A stretch of DNA of 64,000 nucleotides from Paramecium tetraurelia (GCA_000165425.1 CT868013.1:1-64000); one strand, 5' to 3'; counted from the stretch's first letter, positions 11,801 through 26,299 are shown. Program-made: numbers and translations. Notes: generated by a model from the letters alone, not told the origin.

Positions 11801-14418
11801 ATAGAATAAGGGTAGTCTTGGAAGTGCTATACTAATTTAAAATGTTAAATTAAGAATGACAAATTGCAAAATAATCTCTAATTATGCAAGCAAATCAGGT
11901 GGAGGATTGTTTTTATAACTAAAGGATACAGATTTTTAGATTAAATAAACAATTATTACTAATAATGAGGCCTTAGTTGGAGGAGGAATTTACTTCAATG
12001 AAGATGGAACTATACTCCTTCAAAATTTTATTAAATCTTTCTTATTATTTAATAAAGCAACATAGTTTGGAGATAATCTTATTGAATCTCCTAGCCATTT
12101 GACATTGCTGATTAACAACTTACAAATGCAATCTAAAAAGTAAGACATTAAGTCGATACTCAGTCATCATTTAGCTCTTCAACCTTATAGTCTTATCGAA
12201 TAAGGAAAACCTTTTATTACAAATTATTTAATGATCCCAAGTAACTAAGTTATCGATTAATATCAAATTTATTAGCCTTCTAAAGTTCAATACTCATCTT
12301 ATATTACAAATTTTGTTCTTATTCTAAAGAATAGTTTAAACGAATAACTTCCCAACCTTCTTAGTACTACATGTACTCTAACCAGCAAGACTATAAATGA
12401 ATTAGGTTTGACTTAGGAGGATGGGTTGGCTGAGCAACAAAATTTGCAATTCGATTTAGAAAAAGATTACTATAATTTAGGTTCTCTTTTCTTCGTTTTT
12501 GATCCTTATAATTAAGAAAACAAACAATTACAAATTGAAATTAGTTGTAAATCAGTGTAACATTAAAAAGTTTTGAATTACATTATATAAGCTAAAAGTT
12601 TGAAATGCTAACTTGGAGAATTTTATGTAAATTCCGGTTGTTAAATTTGCTCATCAAGTTAAGGATTTTACTCTGTAGTATACGATGCAACAAAGTGTTC
12701 AATATTTGATAAAACCAAATTTAATAACATAACTGAAAATAATATAGAATTATTAGAGGGCTTTTGGAGACCTGATTATTTATCCGATTTTATAGAATAA
12801 TGTTTTAAAAACTTTAAGTTTTGTAAAGGTGGTTGGGGATATGGAAATTAAATATGTGATTTAGGACATATTGGAGCATTATGTGAAGAATGTGATATTT
12901 ATAATATAAGAGGAGATGGAAAATATTTAAAAAATTAATAAGATTCATAGTGTATATCTTGTTTTGGCGTTGAGGACAGCATAATCCCATTTATAGCAGC
13001 ATCAATTTGGTAATTTAATTTCATATTTTAGGTCGTTTATATCAATTATTATAACTTTAAGGAGTATTGAATAGTCGAATCAATTATTCAAGTGTTTAAA
13101 ACTACAATAAAGGTTTAGCAAAATTATTTTTAATTTAGAATAAGGTAAATTAATGATTCAATTTAAGGACATGAAAGTTTTTTAATAAAAATGTTATTAA
13201 ACTATTTATGGATTTTCTCTGTTATCTTTACATTCAATATACAATTCTCGTTTTCATTTACTTTTGTTGATTCAGCGAGTAATACATCCTACTCTATGAC
13301 TAATAATCTTGATTGTTATTTATCAGAAAATCAAGAAATAAAGTTGATTTACTCTAAAATTATTACAATGCTTGTACTCATGATATTCTAATTTATACTA
13401 ATAATAATGGGATATCTCATTTATAATTGGTATAAGAAGATTGGATTGAGTAATTTTAACTTGGAAACTATTTCTAATACAATTCTCTACCTTTATATTT
13501 CTAATTATGGTGGATTAGTTAAAATGTAATTCGACAAAGATTATTTTTAGGTATTTTTCAATTGTCTCAAAAAGAACTGTTTCAAGTTAGAGTTATATAC
13601 AAGGTGATGTTTCACTATTTTTTGGATCGAGAGAGCATTTAATCTGGATTTTTGCCTTTGTAATTCCAGGACTATGCGTTTTTAGTATGATCATTCCTCT
13701 ATCTCTTTTTATGGTTATGTACATTAAGAAAGATTAACACGACACTATCTAAATAAGAAAGCATTTTTGTTATCTAATTAATGAATACAATAACAGAAGT
13801 TATTTTTGGGAAGAAATTAAGTTAATTAAAAAGACAATCATTATTTTAATTTTAACATATTTTGAGACTTATATTCTACTGAAAGCATCGTTGTTGGGAT
13901 TATGTTTGCTTTTTTATTAGTTATTAGCTTTTAACGAGAAACCCTACATTCTCTCCAATTTCAATAGCAAAGATTTATCTTCAGCACAAATTTGCTCTAT
14001 CACAATTTTTCTTGCTGCTGCCAAATATGTAGCTGAATAAGAAAATAATTAATTTTCATCGATATCACTTTAGACTATTATTGTCCTTCTTTGTATTAAA
14101 CTTTGTTATGCATTTATCAAGAGCATATTAGAAGTTTACTCGAACAAGTATGCTAATTTAATCTTAAATTACTTATATTTAATTTTGAATATGATTTCAT
14201 AAGATTCATCTTTGACATTAAAGTTAAAAAATTACTTGCAAAAGTCTAGTTAGAGAAAAAAGAGATCGAAATATTTGATAAAAAAACTTAAATAATATTT
14301 GTTGAAAGCTTCCAAAGCTCAATTATAAGGTTATTAAAAAGTCCTAAGCTCTCATATCAAGGAAACATAATCAACTGGATCAGAATAAAAATACTTTTTA
14401 AAAATTGATACTGATTGA
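5820..14418 (+). CDS. Giant (~2,800 aa) ciliate surface/membrane protein: signal peptide, furin-like Cys-rich repeats, parallel beta-helix (GGxI/L) region, Cys-rich stalk and multi-pass TM C-terminus
   Basis: Code-6 frame (spot-checked) with 5 short introns (e.g. 7352-7379, 8635-8657, ~13010, ~13145, ~13526). CHNSCQECDGPTNEDCLSC; GSLGSAI, GGGLFL and GGGIYF repeats; GFWR...C..GHIGALCEECD; several hydrophobic helices at 13000-14150. Start codon approximate. Confidence 0.85.
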
Positions 14419-14917
14419 TTTTAACATAATTTATATGAACCTTTTATAATATAGCAATAATTATAGCTCTTATTTTTGATAAACTACTTATAATAATCTG
14501 AGTATTTACTATTACTAATCAAATAATAAATTCTCACTCCATTATATATTATTTAATTTATATTATTCTTTTTTAACCTTCTTCAAATTTTTTATTCTAT
14601 CCTTCCAGTTTTTCTTCCTATTTATGATATGTATTGAAAAATTAAGCTGATTAATATCAATATTTTTTAAATAAATACTCAAATAGAGTTAGTTTGTCTT
14701 AGTACTTATGATAATTAAAGAAATAGTATTACATTTTTGTAGTGAACGTTTAATAAATATAATTCGGATACAATTTACAACTTACTTATGAGAATAAGTC
14801 AATGGAAACAACAAAATAACAATGGTGAGCTTGATTCAAAATAAGTCATAAATTTATACATAAAAATCTGCAGTTTTAATTTTAAGTAAAAAAATATATT
14901 TGAAAATAAATAAAATA

Positions 14918-17062
14918 ATGTAATCAGAACTTGAGATTTAGGCAGTGATAGGATTCACAGGTATGTATACTTCATATATTTAAAGGGAGAATAACTCAAG
15001 GATTAGTTCTGCATCCTGACAATGAGGTATGATATATCATAATAGTCCAAAGCATATTCTTTATCCATTAGGTTCTACTATAGTAGTTAGACATATAATT
15101 ACAAGACAATAAACATTTTTAAGGTATGGAAATATCATATATCAAATTAGAGGACACGACAATTAGATCTCTGTAATAACAGTTTCTAGAACTGGAGATT
15201 ATGTAGCATCTGGGTAGAAAACTTATATGGGGTTCTAAGCTGATATAATAATTTGGGATTTCAAGGAGAGAAGCATGATTCATAGGTTGAAATTACATAA
15301 AGTATTGATCCAATCTCTCAGTTTCTCATATAATGAATTATACTTGGCATCATTGGGAGGGATTGATGATAAAAACATGTTGATTATTTGGGATATTAAG
15401 GCAGGGAAGGCATTATATGGAACTCCAAATCGAGACCCAGTTAATTAAGTCTAATTTTACAACTAATCAGATGAAAAGATGATTGCAGTTTTAAATACTG
15501 GAGTTTAGATTTTAACAATTGACAAATTAAATAAAAAGGTATAGTATATACATATATATACAGATTCAATCCGTAGATGTGAGTTTTGGAAATGTCAAAA
15601 GAACCTTTACTTGTGTTGCAATTGATAGAAATGATAAATTTTGCTATTGTGGAACAAAGACCGGTGACGTATTTGAAATTTAAATGGATAATGCTATTTA
15701 CAAAAGATTAGCTCCAGTCAAGAAGCTATTTTCATAAGGAGTTAACTGTTTGGGATTATTGCAAAACGGAGACATCATCGTGGGAGCAGGAGATGGTATG
15801 ATTGCAAAAGTGTCTTTTCAAACAATGCAGATCGTAGCAAGCAGTGAATTACTTGGAGGTGTGACATCAATTTCGTTTACAAATGATTAGACTCATTTTT
15901 TCGCAGGAACAGTTCAAAGCAATATTTATTGGTTGGACACTGAAAAATTGATACCAGAATTGAGAAATACTTGCCATTATGAAAGAATTAATGATGTAGC
16001 CTTTCCTCATAATTATTCTGACGTATTTGCTACCAGTTCCTTGAATGATATCAGGGTTTGGAATGCTAAGAATAGATAAGAATTACTGAGAATTCAAGTT
16101 CCAAATCTTGAATGCTGGGCAGTAGCCTTTATGAATGACGGTAAAAGTATTGTAAGTGGTTGGAGTGATGGAAAAATTAGAGCCTTCTTACCATAGTCAG
16201 GTAGATTACTCTATGTAATTAATGATGCACATATCCATGGATGCACATCATTGACTTGCACTTCGGATTGCTAAAGAATTATTTCAGGAGGATCAGAAGG
16301 AGAAGTTAGAGTATGGGAAATTGGAAAACAAACTTAAGTTATGAAATCCTCAATGAAGGAACATAGAGGAAGAGTATGGTCCATTTAAGTTAGGAGAAAC
16401 AATGACTAAGCTGTGAGTGCCAGTGCAGATGGATCTTGCATTATTTGGGATCTTAAATCATTTACAAGAGTCATGTGCTTATTTGAAAGCACCTTATTCA
16501 AAATGGTTCTGTATCATCCTGAAGAGAGTTAGTTATTGACTACTGGAAGTGATAGAAAAGTATCGAATTAATTTATAAAAGATCACCTATTGGGAAACCT
16601 TTGATGGATAAGCTATCAGAATGTTGGATGGGTCTGAAGAAGGAGAAGTTAATGCTTTGGCAATTACAAAGGAAGGAGAACATTTTGTATCAGGAGGAGA
16701 AGACAAGGAGGTTAAATTATGGGGATATGATGAAGGAATTTGCTATTTCAAAGGTCAAGGACATTCAGGTACTATAACAAGAGTAATTATTAATTCTAAA
16801 TTAGATTACTATAAGTCCTGATTAAAAGACTATTATATCAGTTGGTGCAGAAGGAGCTATTTTTATTTGGAAGATGCCTGAATCTGTTATTAATTCTAAA
16901 GCATAATAAGAATTACCTACTGTTTAAAGTGTAAAAAAACAGAATGATATTCAATAATAATCTTAATAATAATAATAATCAGTGCCTAAAGATGCATAAT
17001 CATAAAAGTCCAATTAAGTTGCTAAGTCAGTCAAGTCAGGAACTAAGTCATCCAAAAAATGA
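14918..17062 (+). CDS. CFAP52: Cilia- and flagella-associated WD40 protein CFAP52 (WDR16)
   Basis: MQSELEIQAVIGFTG..GLVLHPD..HILYPLGSTIVVR; TCHYERINDVAFP; DIRVWN; SGWSDGKIRAFLPQSG; several short introns; TGA at 17060-17062. Confidence 0.9.
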
Positions 17063-17132
17063 TAGAAGTTATTAATAATCATTATAAAGTCATAAATATT
17101 ATATTTTTGTTGATATTATATATCTTAAATAA

Positions 17133-19911
17133 TCAATTTTTCTTTTATCTAAATTTTTGACCATCAATGTCATTCTAGTTAATCTATGAATTTAATTTAT
17201 TATTCTCATTGAGTATTGAAGTCATATTTTTATTGCTTTATAAAAATTAATTGACTTATGAAGATTAATTTGAAAATTTAGAATTATCCCCTTTCAATTC
17301 ACTATTTATATTTGAAACCTTCTACAATTATTAGCTTTGCATTTATTAATTCTAAATTATGTTTTAAATAATTTCATTTTGCTTTGGTTGCACTTATTAC
17401 TAATTATTTTGATTACAATATTTTTTTATTGCTAGTTCGATTTATGTAGTGACTAATTATATGTCATTCATTTTTAGATTTTATGATTAGAGATCTTCTT
17501 GAACTTTGATTTTTATAGTGTTTGCTAAATTCATTATATCAGCATTATTCTTGAGAAATTATGTTATTCTCAGTTCTTCTTAATGCTTATTATCGTTTTT
17601 AACCTTTTCGCCAATAAGTTACCTTGTTTTTCCAATAAGTGTGTTTTAGTTATCGGCTTAAAATTTTAAACTATTGAATTGTTTCACTTCGATTATTTCA
17701 GATAAATCTTTTGGAATGGAAGCATTATAAAAACAATTTGAAATACATTTAAACAAACCCGTAAGTAAATATACAATCGATAAGTATGCGAAAATTCCAA
17801 TCAATATATATCCAGAATAATTGTAGTAGGACTCGATTGAAATAAAAGCATAAAATAGAACAAAATTTAAAAATAATTAAGATCCAAGCTATTTTTTTTA
17901 GTCAGTTCTCTAAATAGCTGGACTATTGCTTTTAGGTAGCTTTAAAAAATGCCAAAAGTATGATAATAACGAGAACTTAAATATCAAGCGAAATATTCCT
18001 GATCCTTAAGTAATGAAATGGAATAATATCACAAAAATCGCCGATGCTATTAATATTAATTCTTATAAAGATTACTCATTGAGTGCCTATTCACCATGTA
18101 TGAGGATTAAATTAGCAAGAATAAAAAGTACAACTGCAAAATCTAAATAATTCTAAATTTCAATTATAATGTTGACGCAACTACTTATGTATTTCAACTA
18201 AGGGAATTAATACACTAAAAATATTTCGTTTTTTAATAAATCATCTTTCATAGAATAAGAGACATCCTTACAATATTCGTCTTCTTAGAGTTCTACTTTA
18301 ATTTAATATCGTTCTTTTTATTTTTTATAGTACATAAAATCAATATTTTGAGATTGTACGACAGCCTAAAAGTCAAAGCTTTATTACTCCTCATCCTTTT
18401 TTCCTATTAGGGCTATTTCTTTGTTTTAATTCTTCTCAATAATTTTGTCTTGAAGATGGTATAATTATGTGAGCAGTAGAAATAGCAAGACATTAATGGC
18501 ATAAAAAAAAGGTAGGAAAATAGTTATTGCAGTATATCCAACTGAATCCCCCAAATAATTATAGACTACTTAATAAGGACATTAAAATGAGAAAAAGAAA
18601 CCTATTAAGAAGTTAAGATAATAAATTACAGATGGAAATTGCGAAGTAACTTTAGAGGAATATGACTTTTGATATGAACCATTAAAACAAATTCCTACAA
18701 GATCCAAATCTGCACTTCTTCAGTTAATAGTTGATATTTTATTTGAGCTCACAAAATTAATTAAATACGGTTTCAAATTAATTCTAATTAAATTATTAAA
18801 CACTAATTTATTTTGGGATAATCTTTAATTCTTAATTTGCAACTTCAAGCATGAGTTTAGGTAAAATTGCATTATATCCAACTGCCCACATATTCAAAGA
18901 GTACTCTTTAGTAATTCTATTTACATAATCCTCTATAAAATTTTCTATTCTTTCCCACATATAAATACAAGAGAGGGGATCATGGAATTATTTTAACCTA
19001 AACATACAATCTAGATTAAGTGAAATATCTGTAAAATCTCCTAAGAAATTATCTTAAAAACTCCCTTTGTAACCAATTTTCTTTAAAGATTAAACTCCAA
19101 AATATTTATTGTCTTCTTCCAATATTTTAAAAAGCTATAATACATTTATGTTTTAAAGATAAGTCACATTACTTGGGGCTATTGCAGCAAATTTTGGCTA
19201 AATAAACCTTAAAATCCCTTAATAGATAAATTTTATTAAATCTAACTTATTTAATTCTTATGGAAATACAAAATAATACACTGTTTTCTTAGTATTATCA
19301 TCTTCTATTTGGAAATACAAACTATGGTGATTAGAAGTCTCAAACTTTTATTGGAATGGAAGGTACTTAAATTAATAAAAGTTTAAAAATAGATTCTCAT
19401 CAGATCTCATTAGCTTCTTAAATGCTGTTTTACCATTGATTAATACAATAGGTGTTATTTTCGTGCTATCCTTGTTATATTAATAAATTTATTGACATAA
19501 ACTCTTATAGGTTTCTCCTTGATAAATTAATATTGAGACATTTGATTTTTGATTTGATTACTATTTTTATTCTTCGTTTTCCTTACAAAATTTTTTGCGA
19601 AACTCATATTGCCCTGAATTTGTTTAGAGCTACTTTGGACCAAAAATAATATCAGGTAGATTTTAAATCATTTAAGTTTGATCTAGTTCACCATTCTTCT
19701 GGTTAGCTATCTCTATAATTTTTGTTAACTCATCTATTCTTTTTTAAAGTTAATTTTGTTGATATCTAGAAATGTACATTGTGAGATCAACTTTATCAGT
19801 CGTTAGAGGCTGACATAGGTATTATTTAGTATTCAAATCTTGTATTTCTACTTGTAAAGGTATTTCTTCTTTTTCATCTAAAATGATTATGCAATCCTTA
19901 TCTAAATTCAT
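17133..19911 (-). CDS. Multi-pass membrane protein resembling a highly divergent chitin synthase (GT2) that lacks the catalytic motifs
   Basis: Code-6 frame from ATG 19911. Segment order and hydrophobic pattern parallel chitin synthase (ILIYQGE..IVLINGK..YYFVFPQELNKLD..QPKFAAI..CIYMW..) followed by TM helices. One 28-nt intron near 18630-18603. 3' end approximate. Confidence 0.55.
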
Positions 19912-20508
19912 TTATTTAAATTAATAATATAGTTTTAAATTGTAAATTATCAATAAATATTCATCTTAGGATCTTAAAGGAGAGAGAAACAGACTTTTTT
20001 TTAAATAGAATAATTTTTAATTTTTTTCAGAAATTTTCTTTAATGTGAAGGATAACCAGAGTTTGATATTTAAGGTAATTAATTTGACATTTAATTATAG
20101 TTTGCTAAGTCTGTTGGCTTAGAAATTCAAAAGTTAACTTAATCATATAGAGCACAGTTTTCTGCATCATATTATATCATGGGTTATTTCTTCATACTCA
20201 AAATTCATCGAAATTAATAATTTTCAATAAAATTCCTTGATTATTTAAAATATTGAAGAATACTTAAAATCTTGATATAATGAATGGATAACTGATTGCA
20301 ACCAACTCTATAGTTATCAAATATCAAATTATTAAGTTTGACACATTCTTTCTAATATAAAATTATGACAGGTTATGGAAAAAGCATTCCACCAATTTTA
20401 CATTTCGAAATTATTCATGATGAGAACATTGGTGAGCAAAAAATTATCTAAAATATTAAATATTTAATAAGAATAATTACACAATGATGATGTATTAATA
20501 ATAATATA

Positions 20509-21614
20509 ATGGCCGAGCAAATAAAATTTTCACATCCCTTCCCTAAATTGCTATTTGATGACAGTAACATTCAATTTAAAAAATACTCGAAATACATTAT
20601 AGATACAGATGCTGGATCTGATGATGCTCATGCAATTCTCATTGCCTCTTACATTCTTAAATATATAAGAACGGATGCAGAATTGATTGGAATTACAGCA
20701 GTGGCAGGTAATGCTGCACTTGAAAATGTGATAAAAAATGTAATTAATCTAATTTATACTCAAGGTGTATATTACAACTCGAATTGGACATTTTGGTGAT
20801 AATCCTCCTAAAATATACAAGGGGTGCAGAACAGATACTCTAAGAAGATTTTACAGAGATAATTACTTTTTGGAAGACGGATTAGGTGGACAACAATATA
20901 GATTACTAACTGAATTAGGATTGTAAGATAAACCATTGGAATTTTTCCACGAAAAACAACACGCTTGCGATTTTATAAAAGACTCAGTTTACAAATATGG
21001 AGAGGACTTATGTATAATTTGTATTGGTCCCATGACTAACATTTATTTAACTTTGTAAATGTATCCAGAAATTGTTGATAAGCTGGGATGTTTATTTGCC
21101 ATGGGAGGAACATATATGGGTGTAGGCAATGCAGCAAATTCTGTAGCTGAGTTTAATGTGTAAACTGATGTCGAAGCTACGGCAGCGGTAGCTATGGCAA
21201 AGTTTAAATAAAAGATTTTGTTGCCATTTGATGTCGTTTTAGCTTACACTTTAGACAAATAAAATGGGAAAGTCATCTTTGAGAATGGAGCTAATACAAA
21301 GAAATCTCAATTCGTCGAAAGCACTTTCAAAGCTGTAAGTCATGATGGAAATTATATACTTTGTGATGGTATGTTTATTTAAAATTTATATTATAGAATT
21401 GGCTGTAATGGTAGCATTTTTACCTAGTTTAATAATATATTCTTTATAAAAAAACATTTCCATCGTCTCTGATGGCTAAGCTAGAGGATAAGTCATCATA
21501 GATTGGTTAAGATTGATGAAAGGAAATCAAAAGTCAGTAGTCAGTATTCTAACAGCTTTTGAATGGAATTCGGTTATAGAGATAGCCACTAAAGCTAATT
21601 AGGATCAATAATGA
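20509..21614 (+). CDS. Nucleoside hydrolase (inosine-uridine preferring NH family)
   Basis: IIDTDAGSDDAHAI (DxDxxxDD), ITAVAGN, EDGLG, IGPMTNI, MGG..GN..AEFNVQTDVEA; two introns; TGA at 21612-21614. Confidence 0.92.
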
Positions 21615-22754
21615 AATATAAGATCATATATTTACATTAATTCCACAATATAAATGTTTTTAGGTGGATTAACTACCTTCATTATTTTATAGGTGGTAGA
21701 CATCAAATAAGTGAGAATGCTACTCATTCTAAGGCAAAAGGATTTGAGAAGACACCCATATGAGAGTATTGATTTTTACTAAGTATATTATTATCAAACC
21801 TAATATTAAAGTTATCCTGACATATTGCTCTTTCATATTATGTAAGAAACATTTAGTTTTATAGGATAGAACTAATAGAAATACTTAGATTCTTTTTCTA
21901 TAGTTATATACATAGTGTATCTTTTGCAGCATTTAATACAACGGAATTCAACATGACACTTTGATTATAAAATGAATATTTATCACATTATTTTTCAAAA
22001 TATTCAAAGAGATTCTTTGTCCATTACTAAGCTTCAAAGAGACATCCTTCTATTCTATCAAATTAAGAAATATTAGCAAGTTTAATTATTTGGTTTTTTA
22101 TATTGTAGACATCCCGTAAGTTATGTTTGCGGTATTGCTAAAGGAAACTTTTAATACTCAATAAATTAATCCCAATTTATTGTATGATTTATTCAACCTA
22201 AATAGTAATTTGGATTTCTTGGTTTTTTATAAATGGATGTACTGAAATTAACTGCAATTATTATATACATTTATTAGAAATATTATAAAAATACATTTTG
22301 TGATAAAAATAAAGACTCTCATTTTATAAACAAATAATAGGTTAAATAAAGGAAATGATTTGAATTATAATATATTGAAGAATAATTACTCTCTTTGTAT
22401 TTAATATTTTTTGGGCTAATAAAAGAGTATCTGATTTTATAAAATTATTTTTTTTTTTTTTATTTATGTGTTGTAATACAAAAAATGTAGAAGTGATTAT
22501 ATCGCTAATATTATAAATTATCATTATTCGATTTAGGATTATTAATAAAATAAAATTAATGTCAACAAATAAATTAGGGTCGAAGTAATATTAATTATCA
22601 AATTTGCATTTCAAAGTTCAAACGCAAGAAATGATATTCATCTGCAACCTTTTGAATGGATTAATAATTTCAGTGTTAACCATTACTAAAATGTAAAAGG
22701 GTGATTGTATTATTTTGTAATAAATGATGGTATTCAATTATATATATATAAAAT

Positions 22755-23805
22755 TCAGATCCAAGGGAGTAATTTATAACCACAACACTGTGAATTTTTG
22801 TAGTGGGGAGTTTCTTTGTATTTCATTGATTTTTAGAACTGTTGATATTCTTCCTCTGTGTTCTTTTTATTGAAGTAGTCTATCTAGTTTAGGTAGAGTC
22901 TCTGGGGATTTAATAGGTAGGACTTCAATGGTTCATCCAGTTTGAATATCCAAAACTCTATAAAGACAATTTGGTTTGGATTAACCTGAGTTCTTTTGAA
23001 CATTTATCTCTGCTCTATTCGGCATTTGTATTGAGCGCCTTCGTATGTATTAATATACTATTCAAAATACTAAACACTTGAGATGGATCCGATGGTGAGA
23101 TCGCACCACATCTTTAAGGAACCACCAATATCAAAAATGGATGGTAGAGTTTTGGTTTCATGCAGATGATGAAACATCATATCGGAAGTCACTCCCATGA
23201 GGGTGTAAAATTGATCATTGACTATTCTTTGTGAGAGTGAACTATTGTCCTTATTCACTTTTTGAATTATACATTAATAGGGGTAATCTTTGGCTATTTG
23301 TTCAACTTCCAACAATTCTTCGTTTGAAATATAGTAATGTTGTGTGTATTCGTTTAGTATGTTGAATCTTTGATTGACAAGTTGGATTGCCAGTTAAGCA
23401 CATGGATCGTCTTTATGAGAAAGAAGATTAACGATTTGTTCTATGGAATAGTTGTCTTGGTCGAGAAGTTCGAGAGTGTAAAAATAAACATCATCAAGTT
23501 AGTCAGTGCGAGTAACTCTATGGTTGTAGGTACATGGAGTTTCTTTTAGACTTCCCAAGCAGTGATCAGGTATATAAGAGAGAGCCAGCTTTAGTTCCAC
23601 GTCAGCTTTAATATAGACATATTCTCCAACTGATTTTGGCACTGATACTATACAAATCAATTATTTTATAGGTTAGCGCTTACGATGGGTATTTTCTATT
23701 GAATATTGATATATAATTACTCTTTTTGTTTACATTTTTAGATTATAAAGAGAGCGTAGTTGATTCGTCATGCATGCTAACACGTTGCCTTACAATTTTA
23801 CTCAT
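22755..23805 (-). CDS. Hypothetical Paramecium-type protein
   Basis: ATG 23805 MSKIVRQRVSMHDES; short GT..AG introns; ends HYKNSQCCGYKLLPWI-TGA. Confidence 0.65.
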
Positions 23806-24948
23806 TGCAAAATACAAAATTATTTATTATTATATAAATTCCAAATCATAAGGGATATATTAGGGGTTATGATATTTCGTATTATATGATTTAAAATACA
23901 CAATTGTAATTAATTATTATAATATATTTAAGTTTATAAAAATTTAAATATTTTTATAAAATAATTATTATCCTTCTTTAAAATTGGGTTTATAATTCCA
24001 ATAAAATCAGACTCTCTTCAAAACTAAAGATTCTTAACTTACCCACCTCGAATAGCTGACAGGATAGTAAAAATTGTAATAAAGAATCTTAAAATCATAT
24101 GAACAAATTAATAAAATTTTAAAATAATATGCTTTTATTTGAAATAGAGATAACTAAGTTAAACGCTGTGTTTCTAATTCTAAAAATAGCTTATGTTTAA
24201 TTTTAAACTTTGTAATTGGAATTATATGATTATTTTATATTAAGTTCAGAAATTAATTAATAATTAGTAAATTAATGACAATCTTGATTTGCCTAATGTA
24301 GATGATTATTTATACAGCTGTTGCCTCTAAAAAATCAAAATAGAAGAATTATGAGTATTTAAATGAGACAGTAATGTATATTGTACTTACAGTTCTGGGT
24401 AACTATCAATTACATTATAAATAGTTAGTTTTATTTCCTTCTGCATTCTGCTCTTCATTATTATGGCATGCTTGCATCAAAGAGGATATCGATTTATTAA
24501 ATAGGAGAAACTACACTAAAATGAAATTTAATAGCAACAATAAATGATTGTGATAGTACCACCTCATGAGAAATAGCAATACAAGTAGTTCTTATATGAT
24601 GTCAACCAAACAATGGATATCAGTAGATTATCAGATCATTAATGATGATTATTTATTTCAATTCAAGTGTTCTTTAAAAATAATCTATAACTCAATTTTT
24701 GAATCCTTAAAAAAGTCAATTTGCATTTATGTAGTGTCAAACTCAATATGATAATTAATTGCATCATTAATATCAATGTAAACTAGATAAAATTGATTAA
24801 GAGTGTAAATATTAGACTACTTATATTTGACTTTAATGATATATTAGAAAATCTGAGCATTTTTGATTATATTGTTAAAATTCAAATATCCAATAATTAA
24901 TAAGAGTAATTAAATTTTAAAGAATAATAATAATAATTGATGATTATA

Positions 24949-26299
24949 TCATTTCTTCTTGGACACTTTAGCAATTTTAACAGATTTTTGAGCTGCATCA
25001 TCTAAATCTGTGGCTGTTGTAATTGATACTTTGGTTTGTGATTTAGCAAATTCATCCAACATTTTAGCTCCTAAAAATGATCATAATATTTACCTTATTG
25101 AGAGTTGGTTCCAGTTAATCTAACAACTAAAGGTGTTTTAAGATCAACCAATTAAGCTGCTTTGATGATACCTTCTGCAATGATGTTGCATTTCATGATA
25201 CCACCGAAGATATTGATGAGGATGGTCTCAACCTTAGGATGAGAGTTCAAGATTTCGAATGCAGTTTTGACTTATTCAACATTGGCACCACCTCCGACAT
25301 CTAAGAAATTGGCAGGGTCTCCTCCATATAATTTGATGATGTCCATAGTAGCCATAGCTAATCCTGCTCCATTAACCATGCAGCCAATATTTCCATCTAA
25401 GGCAACATAATTCAATCCAGCTGCCAATGCCAATTCCTCATGAGGATCTACTTATTCAGAAGCAACAGAGGTCTTTCTCAATTCAATCAATTCCTTTTAT
25501 CTGAATTTAGCATTGTCATCAACATTGATCTTAGCATCAATACAAAATAATTTATTCTTTGGATCTGTTGCCCATGGATTAATTTCAACTTGAGTAGCAT
25601 CAAGAGTAATGAACATCTTGTATAGATTCTTCAATTATTCAATAGCTTATTATCTGACTGCTTATAATTACAAAGTGTCGATCACTTTGTTAGCAATTTG
25701 ATCTGTCAATCCAGTGTTGACATCAATTGGTAATACGATGATACTGTTTGGATCAGTCTTAGCAACTTCTTCGATTTCCATTCCACCGTTGATTGAAGCA
25801 ACAATAGCTGGTTTCTGAGAATTTCTATCCAAAATGAATGCTAAATATAATTGACGTACGATATCCACTCCTTCATGAACGAGTACTGCATTTACTTATA
25901 AACCCTAATCAATAGACAATTATGCATACTTCTTTTGGTGTCTAATGAGTGACCAACTTATATCCAATCATTTATTTGGTATAATTGGCTACTTCTTCTG
26001 GAGTTTTGCAGATCTTAACTCCTCCTTTCAATCCACTTGACAAAGTTCCTTGAATATTACATTTTTCGTATACCTTTGCCTCTTCCTCCTGCATGAACTT
26101 AAGACTTCAGAATTAATCCACCGCTTGGATCAAGAGTTTTAGCGACTTTGGCTGCTGCATCAGCATTCAAGGCAATTTCTCCTTTCTACACTAGAACATT
26201 GAATTTTCTCATCAAGTCCTTACTTTGATATTCATGAAGATCAAAGCATTTTACAACTTTATGTTATAATGCAGCCAACCTAGTAATTCGATTGAACAT
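24949..26299 (-). CDS. sucC: Mitochondrial succinyl-CoA ligase beta subunit (SUCLA2/SUCLG2 family)
   Basis: MFNRITRL presequence; [69 protein letters not shown]; 3 introns. Confidence 0.95.
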
